Source: a virus
Taxonomy: Duplodnaviria; Caudoviricetes
Length of the DNA: 24,424 nucleotides
Direction: 5' to 3' (one strand)
IMG/VR virus record: IMGVR_UViG_3300050032_000067
Location: 1-24,424 of that record
The translations under genes and the position numbers were made by a program. Below the pieces are notes generated by a model. It searched no databases. It was not told the origin of the DNA and saw nothing but the letters and a program-made list of their open reading frames with translations. Below, in pieces: positions 5,863 through 13,862 of the stretch; position 1 is the stretch's first letter; each line of letters begins with the position of its first letter.

Positions 5863-8800
5863 TCAGCGGATCCGTCTCGCGGTCAGTTGACCCGCACATG
5901 CAGCGGAACCAGCGGTAAACGGAACTTGTGCAACCAGATAATAGGTTGTAGTCGATGTAATGCTTACCCTTTGCCTAGGGCATACTATTCCAGTCTCGGT
6001 CGATACAACTGATAAAGCAGGAATAAGGATAACACTTTCTCGGCCATTGTTAGTTATCGTATTGGTTGTCGAAGTTATGTTGGCAACAATTACGCTATTG
6101 CCTACAACTGTTGCTTCATTATAAAAGATTATCAATCCCCCCTCTATATCCCAATCTCCAGCAGTGAGGGACACTGACATAATACTTTTTGCTGTCTCGT
6201 TGACTACCGATACTTGGCTTGCATCCGAGATAACTGTCTCTATGTATTCTCCGACAATTCCAGATGCCGCAGATGAATTATCTGTATACCCTTTTATCGT
6301 AGCTCCCCCATTCGGCGCGGAGATCGCGGTGCCGGTGGCGTTGGATGTGATTGCTCCGGTACTCGATACATACATTAACGCGGATCCACCAGAAACTACC
6401 TCGATGGCATTTCCAGTTCGACCACTCTGTACACCAATCCCAATTCCAGCGTACGAGCCTGAACCTAAATCACTTGTCTGCCCGATCTGTAGTCCATAGT
6501 TTCCAGCACCGTTTGGTGGGTAGTAAGGCACATATAACGACGGGATGCCACCATAGGTTCCTGGTGAATTAGCCGTTATTGTGCCAGACATGCTCGTGGA
6601 CGTGCCTGCCAAAGCCCCCGTAAGCGTGCCCCCCGACAAAGGCAGGTACGGCCCTCCAGTTAATTGTAAATATCTATCATCATATTCATTTATAGTAGTA
6701 ACGTAAGTTATTCCTGTTGGTTCCGTTGATTGATTTCCTAAATTTCCATATGATGCGTTTACACCATCACATGCATCAACCGTTATCCAACAATTTGCTA
6801 TATACACAGGACATTTAGCCCACAATTCCACATTCGACCCATTTGTAACATATCCATAAGTTATTTGGTTTCCACCATATACTGAGCGAACATTAAGATT
6901 TATGGTCGAACGTGTTCCAAAATATACAATATCTTTAGGCGGATAATTTCCACCAAAATTAAATCCGGCGTTAACGGTATATATCAATTGTGCCTGCGAC
7001 GTCCCTACGGCTGTTGGAGTTCCCAAGGTTCCTATTTTATACCAAATTGTCGAATTAGCAGTACTTCCAATTTGAAATCTGTTTTGAACATTTCCATAAA
7101 TTGTATTCAAATTTCCCGTTAAAGTTCCACCAGACAATGGAAGATAAAGATTCGAAAGATTTCCTACATCACTTGCGGAAATACTTCTAGAAACTACTGT
7201 AGAACCATTATTAAAAAGATATCCATTAAATGCTAAAGATAATGGATGCCCGACTAAACCTAAAACAGTCGGAGTTTGTAAATTACCTGTTAAATCTCCT
7301 CCGGCAGATGTTGTTAAAATGTTTAGAGTAGTTGTCCCCGAAACAGTTAAATTTTGAGAAACCGTAGTATTAGCATTTAAGGAAAGTGTTTGTAAGGATG
7401 GTGTAGTATTTCCCTTACCAATAATCAATACTCCGGCATTTTCCGCCGCACTTGACCCGCGATCACTATAAACGGTTCCGAAATTATGAAAAGCATATGC
7501 GTCTATCATTAACGTATTAATAGACTCTGGTTGCCAATTACCGATTCGCGCCCCTATCATAGTATTACCGTAACCGTTTATCATTGTGCTTTGACCTACA
7601 CCAGCGCCAGCTCCAACATAGGTGTTAAAACTACCGGAGACGTTTACAACTCCAGCATTTTCGCCAATAAAAGTATTAACATTACCAACAGCATTTTCGA
7701 AACCAGCAGAATACCCCAAAAAGGTATTATTACTACCAATTGTATTATTTTGTCCGGCACCATTCCCAACAAAAGTATTAAGTCCTAATGTGCTATTGTT
7801 TCGTCCAGCATTTTCGCCAAGAAATAATTCGGAACCTCCAACGGAATTTATAAAATTACTGACTCTTAAAGTTCCGGAAACGTTTAGATTTCCAGGACCA
7901 GATAAATTTCCTCCAGATAAAGGAAGATAATTTAATGAAGCACTTGACGGATAGTAAGGTAGAGCCGGAATATCTCCAGAAGTTAAAGTAGATCCTGAAA
8001 CAACTCTACCAAAAGTATCAGTTTGAACTTTTGTATATATTCCTGAAATTCCTATTGCAGAAAGATTTACTAAAATGTTTCCGGAAGTCGTTATAGGAGT
8101 ATTGGAAATTGTTAATGTGGTAGAAGATACTCCAATAGATGTAACGGTTCCACTTGTTCCGGATGAACTAATACCGGAAGTTATCGCACTAATTGGTAAT
8201 ACAGAACCATTTGCTAATAATATTTGAGCGGAAGTCCCACCAGTTTTTATAAAAGAGTTTGCTTGTATATTAGCATTTGCAACAATACCACCATATGCAC
8301 TAGACATAATTTTAATTATTGAAGAGTTGTTTGCTTGTAAGTCAAATCCCCAATATGCCAAATTCTCATTTAATACAGTAGTATTTGTAACAACATTATT
8401 AGTAAGGGATCCGAAAGCCCAATTAAAATCTATATTAGTTTTTAGATGATCTGAAGTTAAATTTGTTCCAGAAATATTATTAGCATATATGTTAGTTCCG
8501 GAAAGATCTCCTGTTAATATTCCGCCAGAAAGTGGTAAATATGCGGATAAAATACTTAGAGATGGTATTGCAGAAAGTTGTGCATATTTTTTGTCGAATA
8601 AAGTATCGGCAGAAGTTATTCCATACCCAGAAAGAGTTGTAGGAGTTCCGGAAATTTGAGACCATGGTAAAGTCCCGATTGCGGAAATATAAGGAAGAAC
8701 CGGAATATCTCCAGAAGTTAAAGTAGTCCCGGAAACAACACGCCCTTTCGAATCTGTTTGAACTTTAGAATAAATTCCGGAAGTTCCAATTAAAGAAAGT

Positions 8801-8901
8801 GTAGCTGGGCCATACCAAGTTCCGGAACTATAAAGAGCATTGTAATTAACATCTCCAGAAGTTTGAATAGATATTGTAGAAACATTTTGGATTATTTTCA
8901 T
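5863..8901 (-). CDS. Long mosaic tail fibre (1012 aa)
   Basis: Y(S/T)KVQTDxxGRV and PTTLSGYGIT fibre repeats, four YLPLSGG motifs, NTFxGxxAG beta-roll repeats, and a GC-rich C-terminal domain. Confidence 0.85.
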   Translation of the reverse strand: MKIIQNVSTISIQTSGDVNYNALYSSGTWYGPATLSLIGTSGIYSKVQTDSKGRVVSGTTLTSGDIPVLPYISAIGTLPWSQISGTPTTLSGYGITSADTLFDKKYAQLSAIPSLSILSAYLPLSGGILTGDLSGTNIYANNISGTNLTSDHLKTNIDFNWAFGSLTNNVVTNTTVLNENLAYWGFDLQANNSSIIKIMSSAYGGIVANANIQANSFIKTGGTSAQILLANGSVLPISAITSGISSSGTSGTVTSIGVSSTTLTISNTPITTSGNILVNLSAIGISGIYTKVQTDTFGRVVSGSTLTSGDIPALPYYPSSASLNYLPLSGGNLSGPGNLNVSGTLRVSNFINSVGGSELFLGENAGRNNSTLGLNTFVGNGAGQNNTIGSNNTFLGYSAGFENAVGNVNTFIGENAGVVNVSGSFNTYVGAGAGVGQSTMINGYGNTMIGARIGNWQPESINTLMIDAYAFHNFGTVYSDRGSSAAENAGVLIIGKGNTTPSLQTLSLNANTTVSQNLTVSGTTTLNILTTSAGGDLTGNLQTPTVLGLVGHPLSLAFNGYLFNNGSTVVSRSISASDVGNLSNLYLPLSGGTLTGNLNTIYGNVQNRFQIGSTANSTIWYKIGTLGTPTAVGTSQAQLIYTVNAGFNFGGNYPPKDIVYFGTRSTINLNVRSVYGGNQITYGYVTNGSNVELWAKCPVYIANCWITVDACDGVNASYGNLGNQSTEPTGITYVTTINEYDDRYLQLTGGPYLPLSGGTLTGALAGTSTSMSGTITANSPGTYGGIPSLYVPYYPPNGAGNYGLQIGQTSDLGSGSYAGIGIGVQSGRTGNAIEVVSGGSALMYVSSTGAITSNATGTAISAPNGGATIKGYTDNSSAASGIVGEYIETVISDASQVSVVNETAKSIMSVSLTAGDWDIEGGLIIFYNEATVVGNSVIVANITSTTNTITNNGRESVILIPALSVVSTETGIVCPRQRVSITSTTTYYLVAQVPFTAGSAACAGQLTARRIR

Positions 8902-10850
8902 TAGGAAATTGCCGCCTTGAAAACCATAAATTTTATTGCTATAGCTTCTGATAATGACGCATTCGTATTATTTCTAATGAATATTGTTGCTGAACCATTT
9001 GCAGGAGTCACAGCGAATCCATATGCACCTAAAGTTCCGGCAGATGTGTGATTTATATCTACAAAGTCATTTGCACCTATAAACGAATTTGTAAGAACAA
9101 AGTTTACTGTAGTTGCAGAAGCTAATGCGGCACTACTCATAATAATATTTCCGGTAAGTTTATTCAAAGTAACGCCGGTCGCCTTATTAGTTGCTTGAAC
9201 AATTTGACCACCAGAACCAATATTATAACCTATTCCAGAGGAACCATACACAGGACCTAAAAATGTCGCGGTTTTGTTCGCAGAAATTGTTAATAAATCA
9301 TTTGTTCCATAAACTCCAAATGTTATAAAATTATTTGCAGAACCATTTCCTTGATAACAAAAACCAAAGTTCGCAGCATTATTTGTAGCTTCCTGTAAAC
9401 CAAAATCGAAATTAAGTCGATTACCAACAGTGGCGGACATTCCAGTATTCAAAGCAATAATAGGATGTATAAACCCACCAGTAGCAGACATGTTTATTGT
9501 TAATGGAGAATCTACTGTAGATGTTAATGTTTGAGAATTCGCCGAAATATTTGTAGCAGAAATACCAGAAGATGTTATATTCACTATTATATTTTGGGCA
9601 GACGTAGAGTTTACGAAAAAGTTTATCGAGTTTCCAGATGTTGCGGAGTTTCCTATAGATCCAATAGATAAATTGCTTCCTTGTGTATAAATATATCCAT
9701 CATTCGGACCATTTACATACCAATTATTAGCAGATTGAGAATAGTTTGAACCATTTATTCCAAAATCTATATAAAAATTAGTATTATTTCCAATATCAGA
9801 TGTAGCAATAAAATCTGTAGAATTAGAAATACCAGATGATTGATTTTGAGAAATTATTTGAAAATATGAATTAATATACCCGTCCATTTCAATTGGACTG
9901 GTCGGGAAATTCTTAAATGATGCACTAGAAGCAATTACGTTGATATCTTGCGTTACTACAGTACTGAAATTGGCAGAAACTCCTGACACTGCACCAGTTA
10001 ATGTTCCACCGCTTAAAGGAAGATACAAAGAAATGTTGGGAAGGGCCGAAATCTGAGCATATTTGTTATTAAATAAAGCGTCGGCGGAAACTATCCCATA
10101 TCCAGAAAGTGTTGTAGGTGTTCCGGAAATTCTACTCCAAAGTATTGAAGCACTTGTAGCATCATATGGGAGAACCGGAATATCTCCAGAAGTTAAAGTA
10201 GTTCCTGAAATAACTCTTCCATAAGGATCAGAAGAAATCTTTGTATATGTTCCAGATGTTCCAAATAAAGAAAGATTTACGGAAATAGTTCCAGAAGTTG
10301 TAACAGGACTTAATCCAATGCTTAGTGTGGTTGAACTTATTCCAACTGAAGAAACCGAACCGTAGTTTGTAGAAACTGCCGAAAGGTATTTCTTATCAAA
10401 CATAGTATCAGAACTAGTAATACCATATCCGGAAAGTGTTGTAGGTGTTCCGGAAATTCTACTCCAAAGTATTGAAGCACTTGTAGCATCATATGGAAGT
10501 AAAGGAATATCAGCGCTTGTTAAAAATCCTCCTGAAGTTAGTCTACCATAATTATCTGAAACAAATTTAGTAAATGTTCCTGAAGTTCCTATAGTAATCA
10601 ATTCCAAATCTATTGTTCCAGCACTAGTTAAAGGACTTCCAGAAACATTTAGAGTAGTTGACGTAATGTTTATTGCAGATATTCCTGAATTAGTCCAAGC
10701 ATAAGGAAGAGTATTGTAATTATTACTTCCATTACCTATTTTGATATTTCCGGTATCTAATTCAATACAAGGTTCTCCCTGTGATGGAATAGGGTTTACG
10801 GATGCCCAGGTCGCCTTATTACCTCTTCTAAGCTGTATTTGTAATGCCAT
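8901..10850 (-). CDS. Tail fibre with Mtd_N-like N-terminal domain (649 aa)
   Basis: MALQIQLRRG...NPIPSQGEPCIELDTGNIKIGNG...LPY N-terminus, two 109-aa repeats, and C-terminal QATNKATGVTLNK...SLSEAI module. Confidence 0.88.
   Translation of the reverse strand: MALQIQLRRGNKATWASVNPIPSQGEPCIELDTGNIKIGNGSNNYNTLPYAWTNSGISAINITSTTLNVSGSPLTSAGTIDLELITIGTSGTFTKFVSDNYGRLTSGGFLTSADIPLLPYDATSASILWSRISGTPTTLSGYGITSSDTMFDKKYLSAVSTNYGSVSSVGISSTTLSIGLSPVTTSGTISVNLSLFGTSGTYTKISSDPYGRVISGTTLTSGDIPVLPYDATSASILWSRISGTPTTLSGYGIVSADALFNNKYAQISALPNISLYLPLSGGTLTGAVSGVSANFSTVVTQDINVIASSASFKNFPTSPIEMDGYINSYFQIISQNQSSGISNSTDFIATSDIGNNTNFYIDFGINGSNYSQSANNWYVNGPNDGYIYTQGSNLSIGSIGNSATSGNSINFFVNSTSAQNIIVNITSSGISATNISANSQTLTSTVDSPLTINMSATGGFIHPIIALNTGMSATVGNRLNFDFGLQEATNNAANFGFCYQGNGSANNFITFGVYGTNDLLTISANKTATFLGPVYGSSGIGYNIGSGGQIVQATNKATGVTLNKLTGNIIMSSAALASATTVNFVLTNSFIGANDFVDINHTSAGTLGAYGFAVTPANGSATIFIRNNTNASLSEAIAIKFMVFKAAIS
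10096..10496. repeat. Intragenic direct repeat, 74 bp x2 (period 327 bp)
   Basis: 10096-10169 and 10423-10496 differ at one base. Confidence 0.9.
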
Positions 10851-11848
10851 TAGACTGAACCACCATCTATAATTGAAGTGCCGCCATAAATGCTATTAGG
10901 AACTCCACCGTCGATTTGATAAGTTATTGATGTCACAGTTTCTCCATTTACTAATATTTGATAAACTCTATATTCTTCTATATTTAATAAATTGTTAAAA
11001 GACGCATTATTCCATTGAACAGTATTTCCGAAAGTGTTTGCAATAGTTGTATTAACAGTTGCTAATTCATTGAAAGAAAATTCTGAAGCAGTTGTATCAT
11101 CCCAAATTTTAAGCAAACCATTTAATATAACATTTGCAGAAGTTCCGGCAGAAGTTTGAGGAACTATTTCTAAATTTAATTTCCAAGTATAAAGAGTATT
11201 TATTTTACTTGCAAAAAGATTAGTTCCAGCTATTGAAAAGTTTGTTAATAAAGAACTTCCATCTGTTAAATTAAATGTTATAAAATCTGTTAAAGAATTC
11301 CAGGAAATTTGTCCAGAACCTTCTATTTTAATAATGCTGCCAGGAGCTTGATCTGGTATTCCGAAAGGTATTATCCCAGGAACTATATTTGTTAAAGAAG
11401 ATGTTCCTGAAATATTCCAACCAATATTTTGAAAATAGTATGAATTAGCTATTTGAGAAGAATTTGCCGAAATAGGAACCAAAGTAACATTCGTAATATT
11501 TCCAGAAGAATTTACAGTAATAACAGGTATATCCGTAGAATCTCCATAAGTTCCGGCAGATACTCCAGAAGCACTTGTAGAACCATTCGAAATAGGATCT
11601 GCAATAGTTTCGGAAATACCTGACCAAAGAACTAAAGAAAGTGGTAGAGGATTTTGCCGAATTGTTAAAGTTGTTGGATTAGAAAGAAATCTTAATTCTT
11701 CTAAACCAATAGCTTCTAAAGAAATTGGTTGAGTTAAAATAGCTGTATATGTAGGATCCCAAACATCTAAAGAGGAATATAACCATCCATTATCAACCGA
11801 AATTAAATTTGTATTGATACTTTGTATTGTTCCTGGATGTAGTATCAT
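10850..11848 (-). CDS. Tail-associated/adaptor fibre protein
   Basis: Contains GVSAGTYG...IPVITVNSSGNIT and ends in IDGG...YGG...IDGG. ATG 11848 is preferred over GTG 11860 on RBS spacing. Confidence 0.7.
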   Translation of the reverse strand: MILHPGTIQSINTNLISVDNGWLYSSLDVWDPTYTAILTQPISLEAIGLEELRFLSNPTTLTIRQNPLPLSLVLWSGISETIADPISNGSTSASGVSAGTYGDSTDIPVITVNSSGNITNVTLVPISANSSQIANSYYFQNIGWNISGTSSLTNIVPGIIPFGIPDQAPGSIIKIEGSGQISWNSLTDFITFNLTDGSSLLTNFSIAGTNLFASKINTLYTWKLNLEIVPQTSAGTSANVILNGLLKIWDDTTASEFSFNELATVNTTIANTFGNTVQWNNASFNNLLNIEEYRVYQILVNGETVTSITYQIDGGVPNSIYGGTSIIDGGSV

Positions 11849-11850
11849 AA

Positions 11851-13788
11851 TTATACCCACGCTCCTAAAATATTATCCCAAACATATGTCCTACTTGCTC
11901 CGGATGGTAATGTATAATTTCTAAAAATATTTGGCGCTGTTATACTAATATTTCCAGAAGAATTATTAGCAATTGTCATTTGTTGTCCTGTTACTACACC
12001 ATTAGATATACTATTAAGGGTTCCGGAAGTTCCATTCAAATTTACAAAAGTTCCCGGAAAATTTATTTGATATACTCCCGATGTCGCTGATAGTTTTTGA
12101 TATGGTATTACAAGTTGATTTAAAATACTTGTATATCCGGCATTAAGTGTAATTACTGTTCCCTGGACCGTAATTTGTGCTCCCGCGCCGTCAGAAAGTT
12201 GTGCATAATTATTTTGTAAAACGACTTGGGAAGTATATCCGGTAAAAGTAATTCCAGCGGTAGTTGCCGAATTTGTGGTAGTAATTGAAAAAGTGTTTGA
12301 TGTAGTTATAGCTCCGTTGAGATCATCGGTTGCCAAAATCGTATTACCAGTTCCAAAATCCGCGATTCTAAACTTTGAAAGATGATTATCAATACCGAAA
12401 TTAGTAAGCCCAGATGTCCCACCTATACTATTTCCTACTAATTCTATTCTTGGGACTGGACCACCATATATATAAGATCCATTATTTGCAGCAGACATTA
12501 CTCTATCTACAAAGTTTCCAGAATTATCTAATACTTTTAGACAAAATGTTCCAGGAGCATTTATCCCAGTTGTATCAAATCTTAAACCAGCTTCGGAAGT
12601 AATACTTGGACCAGTTCCGTAAACAATTTGGCCAGATGGTTGAGCTAATGCAGAAGTTGATGCAGATGTTAAAAATGCAGAAGTTGATGCAGATGTTAAA
12701 AATGCAGAAGTAACGACAGATGCATGTATAACCTCTCCATTTACACTATCATTAGTAACATTAAAATTTATTCCAAAACCTGGCTGAAGTTTATTCGAAA
12801 GATATCCTGGAATTGTATCATCACCACTTGTAAGAACCATAAAAGGGTTTCCGGGAACACTTGTTACAACTCCTCCAATAGATTCCAAAAGGCCGTCAGA
12901 AAGCTCTAAATTGGTTTTTCCAGTAACTGTTAAATTATTTGAAATAGTTACAGGAACATTCGAAGTTATTTGCTCATTTCCGGGCGAACCATAAAACTGA
13001 AACATTTGATTATATGCAGAGGTTCCAAAACTTAATTGATTTGGATTAGAATTTGAAAGCAACCATTGTGCAGATGAAGGTAGTCCAGTTGCTGCATTTA
13101 TTGTAATAGCTCGCCCTGGAGTAAGATCAAAAGTCACTGGTCCAAAAACCTCTCCACCAGATAAAGGCAAATATTTTCCAGAAAGACTATTTAAAGATAT
13201 TCCTAAAATATTACCAGCACTTGTAAGATTTATATCAGATGTTGCAGAAACTTTTCCGAAAAGATATCCAGGAGTATTGTCCGAACTTGTTACTTTTACA
13301 GTATAAGTGTTTGTAGTCGGGTTTGCCCATTGATAAGCACTTGTAGAACTATTATAATAAAGATAACTAGAGCTTGTAGGAGTAGGAAAATTAGTAGTTC
13401 CAGAAACACTTTGCCAAGTATATGCGGAAGTACTTGAATTATAATAAAGATAACCACTATTAGAAGGACTTCCGAAAGGATTATAACTATTTCCTAAAAT
13501 ACCTTCAATATCGTCTCTTCCAGCTATTTTAACTCCACCATTTTCAATTAATTTATCATACACAGCAAATGTATAAAGTCCCGCGTCGAGAAAATATTGA
13601 GGAGCAAACCCTGCGGAATCTAAAGGAATCGGATTTGGACATGGAGCGGTTTTCGCTAAATCGTAATAAGTTGTTTTTGGGATTTGCGTTTTTGTTTGAA
13701 AAGTGTAAAAAAATCCATTTGAAAGAGGATTTTGATTAGTATTTCGTATTTCTTGGAAAAACCATGGCACTTGAAACCCATTTGACAT
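11851..13788 (-). CDS. Tail fibre/spike with virion-attachment (head-binding-like) N-terminal domain (645 aa)
   Basis: NGFFYTF...PKTTYYD...NPIPLDSAG N-terminus shared with 13863-16766; YLYYNSSTSAY x2, PGYLxxK x2, YLPLSGG. Confidence 0.8.
   Translation of the reverse strand: MSNGFQVPWFFQEIRNTNQNPLSNGFFYTFQTKTQIPKTTYYDLAKTAPCPNPIPLDSAGFAPQYFLDAGLYTFAVYDKLIENGGVKIAGRDDIEGILGNSYNPFGSPSNSGYLYYNSSTSAYTWQSVSGTTNFPTPTSSSYLYYNSSTSAYQWANPTTNTYTVKVTSSDNTPGYLFGKVSATSDINLTSAGNILGISLNSLSGKYLPLSGGEVFGPVTFDLTPGRAITINAATGLPSSAQWLLSNSNPNQLSFGTSAYNQMFQFYGSPGNEQITSNVPVTISNNLTVTGKTNLELSDGLLESIGGVVTSVPGNPFMVLTSGDDTIPGYLSNKLQPGFGINFNVTNDSVNGEVIHASVVTSAFLTSASTSAFLTSASTSALAQPSGQIVYGTGPSITSEAGLRFDTTGINAPGTFCLKVLDNSGNFVDRVMSAANNGSYIYGGPVPRIELVGNSIGGTSGLTNFGIDNHLSKFRIADFGTGNTILATDDLNGAITTSNTFSITTTNSATTAGITFTGYTSQVVLQNNYAQLSDGAGAQITVQGTVITLNAGYTSILNQLVIPYQKLSATSGVYQINFPGTFVNLNGTSGTLNSISNGVVTGQQMTIANNSSGNISITAPNIFRNYTLPSGASRTYVWDNILGAWV
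12647..12711. repeat. 27-bp tandem repeat, 2.4 copies
   Basis: AATGCAGAAGTTGATGCAGATGTTAAA, encoding (T)SAFLTSAS units. Confidence 0.9.
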
Positions 13789-13862
13789 TTATAATATTCC
13801 TCTTAAACGATTCATTATATATTTATCTTTTTGAAAATATTTTTTGAAAAGTTTTCTTAAAA

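Noticed and set aside
5803-7930. Plus-strand ORFs 5803-6012, 6164-6499, 6351-6572, 7531-7788 and 7622-7930
   Set aside because: Antisense shadows of the tail fibre gene.
8901-10850. Diversity-generating retroelement suggested by the Mtd_N-like domain
   Set aside because: No reverse transcriptase, and no repeat pair differing specifically at adenines was seen in the window.
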